From the NCBI RefSeq assembly GCF_004010195.1, contig NC_057752.1, forward strand, positions 11,255,160 to 11,319,159: 64,000 nt of DNA. The letters run 5' to 3'. The notes below the pieces were generated by a model. It had not been told where the DNA came from. It saw nothing but the letters and a program-made list of their open reading frames with translations, and searched no databases. The first letter of the stretch is position 1. Each line of letters starts with the position of its first letter. Source of the DNA: Chiloscyllium plagiosum. Taxonomy: Eukaryota. Shown here one piece after another: positions 26,061 through 36,639 of the stretch. Both the position numbers and the translations under genes were made by a program.

Positions 26061-26929
26061 TTCTCAACATTAAAAACATTTCGCTCCATCTTTAATGCTT
26101 TTGCCAAGATTCTCACTAGGCAGCAGTGAGTTGATAATAGATGGGGATTAAAGCTTGTTAAATGCGATATTAATGCCACAACTCACCTCATTAATAATCA
26201 CCTGGGACACTTTGCACTCAGGCACAGGCACCCAGCTCATGGATTGGACCAGGCTGCATCTCTGTAATTTTCACTCACTCTCTAAGATCTTGCTCACCTA
26301 GTGCCTACCTGCATGTTTGCACAATCCTTGTCAAGCCTTGCCTTGCCATGCAGTACCAATTACACGGTTAAGAGGGCAAAACATCCTGCTGTATGATAGG
26401 GTGCTATATCAATTTCACATGTACACAGCTTATACAGTAAACACACTCAATGTGCATCAAGCAAGTAACAATGACTCAAACTCGAAGGGGAGCAGTCCTC
26501 TGCAAAATCCATGCATCAATCAGGGGGTCCTGGTGAAGAAGGGCAAAGGCAGCCTCCAATACCAATGCAAGCATTTGGCAGCAGCGAGCTCAGTCATGGA
26601 ATCCGTGCATCGAGAGAGTCGGTCACAGTCAGTCTGATTGCTTAAGAGCAATATCCAGGAGTGGGTGGATGTGTGTGTGTGTGGTGGGAGGGGTACTAAT
26701 GTGGTCAGGGAAACTTACAGCCATCGGTGATACTTCTCATCCTGAGCTGTCATAGACAGACAAACAACCAAAAGGAAGGTCAAGACAGTGCAATCTCTAG
26801 AAATATATCACAAACATACAGCGCACCATCACCTGTGCCACAAAGTGCCCTCAATATGTTTTCTTCATCCTCTGCCTGCCACAATGCTTGTGTACTCCTT
26901 GGTTCTGTGAGAGTAGAGAGGTTACTAAG

Positions 26930-27787
26930 TGACAGGAACAGCCTGAACAACAGGGAGCAGTAGGAGGGTCAGGCAGAGGGGGTACCAAGGGACAGGAACA
27001 GCCTGAACAACAGGGGGCAGTAGGAGGGTCAGGCAGAGGGAGTACCCAGGGACAGGAACAGCCTGAACAACAGGGGGCAGTAGGAGGGTCAGGCAGAGGG
27101 GGTATCCAGGAACAGTCTGAACAATAGAGAGCAGTAGGAGGGTCAGGCAAAGGGGGTACCCAGGAACAGCCTGAACAACAGAGAGCATTAGGAGAGTCAG
27201 GCAGAGGGGGTACCCAGGAATAGGAACAGCCTGAACAACAGGGGGCAGTAGGAGGGTCAGGCCGAGGGGGTACCCAGGGACAGGAACAGCCTGAACAACA
27301 GGGAGCAGTAGGTGTGTCAGGGCAGAGGGGGTATCCAGGAACAGGAACAGTCTGAACAATAGAGAGCAGTAGGAGGGTCAGGCAAAGGGGGTACCCAGGA
27401 ACAGCCTGAACAACAGAGAGCATTAGGAGAGTCAGGCAGAGGGGGTACCCAGGGACAGGAACAGCCTGAACAACAGGGAGCAGTAGGAGGGTCAGGCAGA
27501 GGGGATACCGAGGGACAGGAACAGCTGAACAACAGGGGGCAGTAGGAGAGTCAAGCAAAGGGGGTACCCAGGGACAGAAACAGCCTGAACAACAGGGGGC
27601 AGTAGGAGGGTCAGGCAGAGGGGCTACCCAGGGACAGGAACAGCTGAACAACAGGGAGCAGTAGGAGGGTCAGGCAGAGGGAGTACCCCGGGACAGGAAC
27701 AGCCTGAACAGAGAGCAGTAGGAGGGTCAGGCAGAGGGGGTGTCCAGGAACATCCTGAACAACAGAGTGCAGTAGGAGGGTCAGGAA
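26930..27787 (+). repeat. GC-rich minisatellite, 60-bp unit with shorter variants, about 14-15 copies
   Basis: Unit gggacaggaacagcctgaacaacagggggcagtaggagggtcaggcagagggggtaccca, visible in register across the 60-nt lines. Confidence 0.97.
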
Positions 27788-27860
27788 GCTCCGGATTTGG
27801 GCACTAAATCTCAGTGCGATTACTAAGAATGATGCACAATTGAATGGTGCAAAGACAGTC

Positions 27861-28190
27861 CAGCTGTGTGAGAGGCACCGTCAGAGAAATTTGAGGATGT
27901 GATGGACTGCTGTCACTTTCTGTTCCCACTTTCTCCAGAAGGACGTGCATCCAGATGGACTGGAAGCTAATTCAATGCCTGCATCTGTGAAAAGCACCAG
28001 GGCAGTGAATTTCTGCACTGGGTTCTTTCCAGGGCGCCTATGGAGACGTGTATAGAATATTGGCCTTTGTCACTCACAGATCGATCAGGGAGAGTACTAA
28101 TGTCCAGGTCAGAGGAGGCAGTGAATTTGTTGGAGTCACAACGACCCCAAGAGATACGCTGCCATCATGAGGTTTTGACAATTCACAGTT
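27861..28190 (+). pseudogene. PIF/Harbinger (HARBI1-like) transposase fossil, N-terminal part
   Basis: Frame from 27861 reads QLCERHRQRNLRM*WTAVTFCSHFLQKDVHPDGLEANSMPASVKSTRAVNFCTG. After a +1 shift at 28023 it reads SFQGAYGDVYRILAFVTHRSIRESTNV...EFV, matching the recalled P.AVKV..ALNF.A.GSFQ...GD..GISQ...HR.I..VT pattern. Confidence 0.65.
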
Positions 28191-28626
28191 CATAGGGGCA
28201 CTTGCTTAACGTGAACTAAACCTTTGATGTGTGTGTATTACCCGAGGAGCTCTCACACACTCTCACCCACTCTCAGGGACCACGTGTTTGTTCCCACTCA
28301 GCATTTGCAGGATTGGTTCCTTGGTGACACACTGATGACCCCAGGACAGAGGTAGAGGGTTCTGGTGAATCACAAAGCTACACAGCATAATATATCTTTT
28401 ATTTAAACTTGATATCATCTTTAACTTCATTGGAGAGCCAGGAAATGTGCATCCTTCTCATAGACTCTTTCATTTGCAATGGAATTTATCTTTTTCAACA
28501 GCTCTGAAATATCTCCTTTAATGTCAGTCAAATGCTAATTTACTCTTAACCTTTAAGCTATTTTCCCAGTCCAATGTAATTAACTCTGTCTTAATAACTG
28601 TCATCACCATTGTTTAAGTTCAAGAA

Positions 28627-28803
28627 TAGAGTCATAGAGCTGTACAGCACAGAAACAGACCCTTCAGTTCAACTCATCCACACTGACCGGACATTCCTAT
28701 TTGACCGAGTCCCACTTGTCAGCACTTGGCCCATATCCCTGTAAACCCTTCCTATTCATGTACCCATCCAGATGCCTTTTTGATGTTGTAATTGTACCAG
28801 CCT
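28627..28803 (-). mobile_element. CR1 3' tail fragment
   Basis: tagagtcatagagctgtacagcacagaaacagaccc... is the reverse complement of the CR1 tail. Confidence 0.8.
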
Positions 28804-28807
28804 AAAC

Positions 28808-29370
28808 CTGTACAGGACATTGGTTAGGCCACTGTTGGAATATTGCATGCAATTCTGGTCTCCTTCCTATCGGAAAGATGTTGTGAAACTTAAAAGGGTA
28901 CAGAAAAGATTTACAAGGATGTTGCCAGGATTGGAGGATTTGAGCTGTAGGGACAGGCTGAACAGGCTGGGACTGTTTTCCCTGAAGCGTCAGAGGCTGA
29001 GGGGTGACTTTAGAGGTTTACAAAACCATGACGGCAAGGATAGGACAAAGTCTTTTCCCAGGGGTGGGGGAGTCCTGAACTAGAGGGCATAGGTTTAGGG
29101 TGAAAGGGGAAAGATATAAAAGAGACCTAAGGGGCAACTTTTTCACACAGAGGGTGGTACGTGTATGGAATGAGCTGCCAGAGGAAGTGGTGGAGGCAAG
29201 TACAATTGCAACATTTAAAAGGTATTTGGACGGGTATATGAATAGGAAGGGTTTGGAGGGATATGGGTCGGGTGCTGGCAGGTGGGACTAGATTGGGTTG
29301 GGATATCTCGTCGGCATGGACGGGTTGGACCGAAGGGTCTGCTTCCGTGCTGTACATCTCTATGACTCTA
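28808..29370 (+). mobile_element. Young CR1 3' fragment
   Basis: ORFs 28820-29083 (VRPLLEYCMQFWSP) and 29100-29291, with tail ctatgactcta. Confidence 0.9.
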
Positions 29371-30439
29371 AGTCTTCAGTCTAACTCATTTGTCCACATT
29401 TGGGTCTCAGCTTTCTAATGATAGGTCAGGAGACAAGTGGTCCGAGTAGAACCCAGATCGAACGTTGGCAATCTGATTGTTCCTAATCAGTGCCGCCTGA
29501 TAGTACTGTCAACAACTCCTTCCATAATTTTGCTAAAGAATGAGAGCAGACTTCTAGGCCAGGTTGGATTTGCCTTACATTTTGTGGGTAGGATGTACTG
29601 AGGCCATTTTCGGTATTGTTGGGTGCATGCCAGCGAAAAGGTTTGTAGGCTAAATGGTTTCCTTTTGGGCTGTATTGACTGTATGATTATAAAATGTACT
29701 TTGAAATTTGACATTTAGCTCTGCCCATGTAAATGTTTACTGTGAGAGATCTGGAAAAAATACGTTAGCAGTTCCACATCACTGCCCAGAATACGTACAC
29801 TGTTTTCCAGCGTTTTTTTTTAAGTCTCAGCTTAATTCCAGAAAGACTGCTTTTACGTAAGCACTATTCAATTTTATGGAACATCTTGAAATGTTTCACA
29901 ACCACCTTTTAAATGTAATCACTGATTCTTTTTTGGGAAACGTGGCAGCCAACCTCATAATAAAGTGGATTTCTTCTCATTCAAATAGTGCTCTTTTATG
30001 ACCCCTCTAAACAGTCCGACAAGATACTGGGTTCAATGCTTCGTCTGCAAGACAGCATCACTATCAACCTCAATAACCCTCTTTTCCAGCTGTGGTGAAT
30101 TCCATACTTTGCCAGTCATGTTAAAATGCCTACACAACTATGCTGCAATTTGAAAATTTCTTGCAGACTCCGTATTGATTTTACTGCTAAAAAGAAAGCT
30201 ACTCAAAATATCGTTTAGTCGGTGCTTCACTGTTTACATCGAGATCAAGTACATTTTTGAACAGAATGTTCCATCAGTCACTAGGGATATTTTTCAACTT
30301 CATCTGTCAGCAGTGTGGGTCTTCCTCCATGAGGAGAGTATGTCCTCCCTGATGTTGGGTCGGAAAAAGCAGCAGTTGTGGCGATGTCGTGGTTGTTTAG
30401 CCACTGAACACTGACTGAATTGACAGGTGAAACAGTGTA

Positions 30440-30971
30440 ATTAGCGAGGAAAGCATCTTGGGGACAAAAATGGCGCAGACAAGAATCTGAGAGTCTCTTG
30501 GGGTTTTTTTTACGTAGTGTGGGTACTCCTCATCATTGAGCCAAATTGTGGAATTTGTAGAAAAAAACAAAATCCTTTTCTTGCTCGTCACGTTACTCAG
30601 TTAGGAAGGAGCAAATCCATCCCTCCGGCGGCTTGTGATAGGAAGATTCATTATGACGTCAAGGAGAGCAAACACGCCTGATTCAGATTGGCAGATGCCA
30701 TTTGATTGACTCGTGCAGCAGCCAATCAGAGTGACGTGCGTCCCGACCGGCTCCCAGCGGCGCCATCTTTGATGGGTCGGACATGGCGCGAGGCGATTGA
30801 GTAGAGTGAGTGCGTTCTTCTTTCTGGGTTCGGAAGTTTCGGATTCCCGGGCTTTCACTCAGCCTCTTCCGCACACTGGGGGAAAAAGGGCCGCTGTTCT
30901 GAGCGGTTTTACTTCCTCCGGAGCGCAACTTGTTTCCGACTCGCATTACTGGCCTTGATTTGTGTGTCGCC
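30440..30971 (+). promoter_or_regulatory. CpG-rich promoter / 5'UTR of the TFCP2-family gene
   Basis: Raised CpG density; CRE TGACGTCA 30654-30661; ATTGG 30687-30691; AGCCAATCAG with CCAAT at 30722; TGACGTG 30732-30738; YY1-like GCGCCATCTTT 30760-30770 and AAAATGGCG 30467-30475; ETS CGGAAGT 30831-30837. No TATA box noticed. Confidence 0.8.
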
Positions 30972-31093
30972 ATGGCCTGGGCGCTGAAGATGCCGATGCC
31001 GGATGAGGTGATTGAATCTGGGTTGGTGCAAGATTTCGATGCCAGTTTGTCCGGAATCGGTCAAGAATTGGGCGCAGGAGCCTATAGCATGAG
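30972..31093 (+). CDS. TFCP2: First coding exon of transcription factor CP2 (LSF/LBP-1c; TFCP2/UBP1 family)
   Basis: Strong Kozak gtcgccATGG. Encodes [40 protein letters not shown] plus AG, then donor GTATAT at 31094 (122 nt, phase 2). Matches the recalled TFCP2 N-terminus [41 protein letters not shown]. Confidence 0.92.
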
Positions 31094-31497
31094 GTATATG
31101 TTTTATATGTGCATGTAGTTAGTAAGCGGTGTTTAATACAAATGTAGAACCTACTCTCTGGGTATTGTGAGCTGAATTCCATTGATGCAAACCTCGATTT
31201 CCACAGGTAGAAGGGTATGCTCGTGTTTACAAGCTCGAAACCCATTGAAGCTTCAAACCCACATTACCAACATACAAGGTATGTCTACTTCAGACGGACC
31301 GTACATGTTGGTAATGAACTTTACTTTTAAACATTGACTCCTGTATTGCCTCAGGGTTCAGCTTCCATTTCCTCCCCACCCTCAGCCCCGCATCTATTGT
31401 GAAATGATTTGTGCTATTCAGCGTTGAAGTACGACACGATTACCAGCCACCTGGCATCCGATCTCATGTGGGAATGGGTCATACAACCAGGTTCTAT

Positions 31498-31717
31498 AAA
31501 AGCAAAATACTGCAGATGCTGGAAATCTAAAACAAATACAAAGTGGTGGAGAAACTCAGATCTGTGCAGAGGGAAGCATACTTAACGTGTCGAGAAGCAT
31601 ACTTAACGTGTCGAGAAGCATACTTAACGTGTCGAGACCAATGTGAGAACTCAACTCTGTCTCTCTACAGATGCTGTTAGATCTGCTGAGTTTCTCCAGT
31701 ACTTTGCTTTTATTTTA
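31498..31717. mobile_element. Fold-back PLE terminal-repeat element with an internal 21-bp triplication
   Basis: Arms tggagaaactcag and ctgagtttctcca are reverse complements; gaagcatacttaacgtgtcga occurs three times at 31573-31635. Confidence 0.7.
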
Positions 31718-31739
31718 AACCAAGTTAAGTTCCTGGTCT

Positions 31740-32810
31740 ATAACAAGGACAGAACCCCAGGTCCTCGCCTTCCACTCCACCAGCCTCTGCATAAATTGTA
31801 TCATCCGATGACATTTCTGCCACCTACAAATGGACCCCACCACCAGAGATATATTTTCCTCCCACCCCATCCACTTTCTGCAAAGACCATTCCCCCATGA
31901 CCACCTGGTCAGGTCCATGCCCCCACCCTCCCAACAAGCCACCCTCCCCTCCTGGCACCTTCCCCTGCCACTGCAGGAATTGTAAAACCTGCGCCTATAC
32001 CTCTCCCACCTCCATCCAAGGCCTCAAAGGAGCCTTCCACGTCCATCAAAGTTTCACCTGCACTTCCACCAATGTCATTTATTGTATCTGTTGCTCTCGA
32101 TGCAGCCTCCTGTACATTGGGGACACTGGAGACCTTCTCGCAGAGTGCTTTAGAGAACATCTCTGGGACACCTGCATCAACCAACCATACCACCCTGTGA
32201 CTGAATGTTTCAACTCCCCCTCCCACTCTGCCGAGGACATGCAGGTCCCCTGGACCGCCTCCATCGCCACTCCCTTGCCACCCGATGCCTGGAGGAAGAG
32301 CACCTTATCTTCTGCCTCTGAACCCTTCAACCCCAGGGCATCAATATGGACTTCACCAGTTTCCTCATTTCCCCTCTCCCCCACCTTACCCCATTTCCAA
32401 CCTTCCAGCTCAGCACTACCCTCATGACCTGTCCTGTCTGTCAATCTTCCTTCCCGGAGAAAGTGAGGTCTGCAGATGCTGGAGATCAAAGTTGAAACTC
32501 ATTCCTGAAGAAGGGTCTGTGCCCGAAACGTCGAATCTCCTGTTCCCTGGATGCTGCCTGACCTGCTGTGCTGTTCCAGCAATAAAGTTTCAACAACAAT
32601 CTTCCTTCCCACCTATCTGCTCCACCCTCCTCTCTGACTTATCACCTTTACCCCCACCTCCAACTACCTTCTCCCCAGCCCCACCCCCTCCCATTTATCA
32701 CTCCACCCCCGAGGCTCCCTGATGAAGGGTTCCTGCCCGAAACGTCGATTTTCCTGCTCCACGGATGCTGCCTGACTTGCTGTGCTTTTCCAGCAACGCA
32801 CTCTCAACAC
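31740..32810 (+). mobile_element. Penelope-like retroelement 3' part (GIY-YIG endonuclease) with terminal repeat
   Basis: ORF 31897-32427 reads GTFPCHCRNCKTC...FTCTSTNVIYCICCSRCSLLYIGDTG...FREH. Hammerhead-like core CTGATGA...GAAAC at 32719-32743. Confidence 0.9.
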
Positions 32811-33099
32811 TGAATTTGTTGATCTTGGCGAGAGTTACGCTAGAGTGTAGTATTCTAATTGGTTTCAGCATACCCTGGGCTTGGGAGGGGTATGATACTC
32901 CAGGTCATTATCCATTGACTTTTGCTAAAGAAAACAGATGTTTATGGATTAATTGGTTGCAATTGCAATCTGAAAACATGTGCCTAAAATCATGCTAGCT
33001 GTTCCCTCCATTAAGAATTGTTACATGAGGAGATTGTTGGAAATTTAATTTGGTTTGTACTACGCAAACTGTATTTCCTAGTTACTAGGTCCATTCCTC

Positions 33100-34420
33100 T
33101 CCTTGGCAACTTATCTGAAACTAAACCAGTCTATTTGCAACCTTGGTGTTATACTTGACAGATTACAACCACGTAGTCAAGCTGTCACTCGATGCTTACT
33201 TTGACCTCTATACTATAAGAATGCACCCCTGCATCAACTCATCTGCTGAAACCATCATCCATGCCTTCATTACCTCCAGATTTGACTATTTCAGTGCACT
33301 TCTGGCTGGTCTCACACATTGCCCTTTGTAACTTTTATTGCCACCCAAACCTCTGCTCGTGTCTTAATTTGCAGTGAGTTGTGTTGCATTAACACTCCTG
33401 GCAGTCATAGACCCACATTATGTTTCTGGGAAGCAATGTCTTAAGAGTCATAGAGACCCTTCAGTCCAACTCGTCCATGCCAACCAGATATCCCAACCCA
33501 ATCTAGTCCAACCTGCCAGCACCTGGCCCATATCCCTCCAAACCCTTCCTCTTCATATACCCATCCAAATGCCTTTTAAATGTTGCAATTGTACCAGCCT
33601 CCACCACTTCCTCTGGCAGTTCATTCCATACACGTACCACCCTCTGAGTGAAAAGGTTGCCCCTTAGGTCCCTTTTAGATCTTTCCCCTCTCACCCTAAA
33701 TCTATGCCTTCAAGTTCTGGACTCCCCACTCCAGAGAAAAGACTTTTGTCTGTTTACCCTATCCATGCCCCTCATGATTTTGTAAACCTCTATAAGGTCA
33801 CCCCTCAGCCTCTGACACTCCAGGGAAAACAGCCCCAAACCTGTTCAGCCTCTCCCAATAGCTCAAATCCTCCAACCCTGGCAACATCCTTGTAAATCAT
33901 TTCTGAACCCTTTCAAGCTTCACAACATCTTTCCGATAGGAAGGAGACCAGAATTGCGCACACTATTCCAACAGTGGCCTAACCAATGTCCTGTACAACC
34001 GCAATGTGACCTCCCAACTCCTGTACTCAATACTCTGACCAATAAAGGAAAGCATACCAAACACCGCCTTCACTATCCTATCTACCTGCAACTCCACTTT
34101 CAAGGAGCTATGAACCTGCACTTCAAGGTCTCTTTGTTCAGCAACTCTCCCTAGGACCAAATTCTCTTTGATTTCAAAGCATGACCTTGTTCCTATCTCT
34201 GTGATTGCCTCCAGCCCCACACCTTTGTTAGATATCTGCCCTCTATCAAATCTGGCATCTGGAGTACCTTTGATTTTCATTGACCATGATTTCAGTTCCC
34301 TAATCTCCAATTTCTAGAATTCTTCCCAAAAGCTTCAACTACGTGCTCCTTTTAAAAGCTATTTTTTCTGCCCTAATATCTCGTTTGTGGCTTGATGTCA
34401 AATTTTGTTTGACCCTCCAG
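33100..34420. mobile_element. L2-like fragment (+) interrupted by a young CR1 3' fragment (-, 33445-34155)
   Basis: ETIIHAFITSRFDY (L2) flanks the CR1 ORFs 33503-33694 and 33963-34150. Confidence 0.8.
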
Positions 34421-34559
34421 TTGTGTGAATGTTGCAGAATTTTACTTGCAACTGATTATGTTGCACAGCCAGTAGAATGAATTTGTCTCCTGGATTTAAG
34501 TTAACTGCTTCTCCAATGACAATAGTCTTGATATTTTTTTAAAAACCTGTTTGGATGAG

Positions 34560-34770
34560 TTGTGACACACCTCTGGAGCAAGTGAGACTTGAACCTTGGC
34601 TCTCTGGTTCGGAGATAGGGACACAATTACTGGCTGCAAGAGCCTTGATATGTAGTTATTTTAATAAACATGTTGGACATGTTATGACACTCCCCTGGAG
34701 CAGGCAGATCTTGAATCTAGATTGTCTCGTTCACAGGTAGGAACACTTGCAACTGTGCTGCAAGAGCCCA
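34560..34770 (-). mobile_element. Two tandem degenerate tRNA-like SINE heads
   Basis: Two similar units of about 85 bp, each ending gctgcaagagcc. The reverse complement of the first has B-box-like GGTTCAAGTC. Confidence 0.5.
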
Positions 34771-35991
34771 TATGACAATATTCTTAGCATATGAATTCAT
34801 CCAGTCACTTCATTTACTTCCTCATTTCCATTTTTCGAAGTCTGACCTGTCGGCTTACTTTGAATCTAATGCTTTCGTTTACACAGCGCTGGTCTCTGAA
34901 GTGTGTTACTTGAATATTAGAGACATTATTCTTAGATCTAGTGAAGTACCACTGAGTCTTTACAAGTACATCAACTAACTTTTACTGTTGGTTGCTGCAT
35001 GATTTATCTTAGATGTAATTAAATAGAATTCTGGGTGTAATCTTCTATTCACCATCTTTAAACTGAGGCATTGTTAATGGCCTTTCTTACCTTAATTTCT
35101 TTTCATCACTACAAATGCTTTCTGTAGTTTTTTCCTTGTTTTCTTTTACTGTTCTGTGTTGCAGGTCCTTGAAACATGCTCATTATGTTAAAATTTAATT
35201 TGTGTGGAGATTAATTCATGTACTGCAGTTTTAAAATGCCTTATAGTTTGTGTCTGGAGAGCTAATAAGGACAGTGGGTCAAGTGGCCTCCTGTGCTGTA
35301 GCAGTTCTATCATTGGTTTATGTACACTCAAATGTCTATTAAATTGAGTTATCTGAATGGGCCTCTGTCTCATTTTCTTATCCTTTTGATGTCACATTGT
35401 GTATTTTGGTATGTAAGCAACAGTTGCTTAAGTCTGAGTGGTACTGATGCCGATAATGAATAAATCCATTTTATTTTGAGTTGGCATCTTTTGCATATGT
35501 TCCATTACTGTTCCAGTAGTACCTTCCCAACAGGAGTGATTGGGATATTTTGATGGTTGTATTGCTGGAGGGGGTATAATATCATATCCAAGATTAGTTC
35601 TTTGCAACAGTGCATGTTTTTTGATTATTGAGAGAACAAGACTAATGTAAAAACCCATTGCAACACTTTTAAGGTATTTAAGTGAGTTGTATAGGATAAT
35701 TTCTGTTTGAATGGCAAATAGGATGGAGCAAATGCATCTGTTCCGAAATGCATGAACACCCGATTTATTTCATATTGTCAGCAATTCCACAACAAAGAAG
35801 GAGCAACTTGCTTTTTCATGATGATATAAAGACCCATTTCAGTAGTTTACATCATTTTAAAATCATTTCACCTATGTGCTTCTATCTGTAATTAGTTTTG
35901 TTAATTCCTTTCCCTGTCCAAGATTTACTGCTAAGATCGAATAAATCACATTGATTTATTCATTGCAATCTATATTCATTGCAATCTATGT

Positions 35992-36287
35992 GGGCGGCAC
36001 GGTGCTGCCTTTCAGCGCCAGAGACACGGGTTCAATTTCCACCTCGGGCAACTGTCTGTGCGGAGTTTGCACATTCTCTCCGTGTCTGTGTGGGTTTCCT
36101 CCAGGTGCTCCGGTTTCCTCCCACAGTCCAAAAATGTGCAGGTTAGGTGAATTGGCCACGCTAAATTGCCCATAGTGTTAGGTGAAGGGGTAAATGTAAG
36201 GGGATGGGTCTGGGTGGGTTGCTCTTCGAGGGTCGGTGTGGACCTTTTGGGTCAAAGGGCCTGTTTCTACACTGCAAGTAATCTAAT
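35992..36287 (+). mobile_element. tRNA-derived SINE (HE1-like)
   Basis: gggcggcacggtg...gggttcaatt B-box; gagtttgcacattctctccgtgtctg; cccacagtccaaaaatgtgcaggttagg; CR1-like tail. Confidence 0.9.
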
Positions 36288-36408
36288 ATACTGTAGAATA
36301 CATGCTTCCTGTCTGCAAGCTTTAGTGTCAAAGTTTTGAATTGCTTGTTTGCATATGAATTCACAAGAATAAATGGTGACAATCATGGCTGAACACCTTC
36401 CCACCATA

Positions 36409-36623
36409 AAAGCAAATTACTGCGGACGCTGGAATCTGAAGCCAAAAGAGAGAATGCTGGAAAATCTCAGCAGGTCTGGCAACATCTGTAGGGAGAGAAA
36501 AGAGCTGACATTTTGAGTCTAACTGACCCTTTATCAAAGCTGGACTCGAAACGTCAGCTCTTTTCTCTTCTTACAGATGCTGCCAGACCTGCTGAGATTT
36601 TCCAGCATTTTCTCTTTTGGTTT
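36409..36623. mobile_element. Fold-back PLE-derived cassette with 15-bp target-site duplication
   Basis: Direct repeat caccttcccaccata at 36394-36408 and 36624-36638; internal inverted arms of about 80 bp. Confidence 0.85.
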
Positions 36624-36639
36624 CACCTTCCCACCATAG

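Noticed and set aside
26851..27651. 266-aa Cys/Pro-rich ORF resembling a keratin-associated or metallothionein-like protein
   Set aside because: It is the antisense translation of the 60-bp minisatellite; it switches repeat frame at indels and has no gene context.
26930..27787. CRISPR-like array
   Set aside because: Units are contiguous tandem repeats with no unique spacers, in vertebrate DNA with no cas genes.
30930..30971. N-terminal extension of TFCP2 from TTG 30930, and read-through to 31118
   Set aside because: ATG 30972 has a strong Kozak context and matches the family N-terminus; homology ends at the GT donor at 31094.
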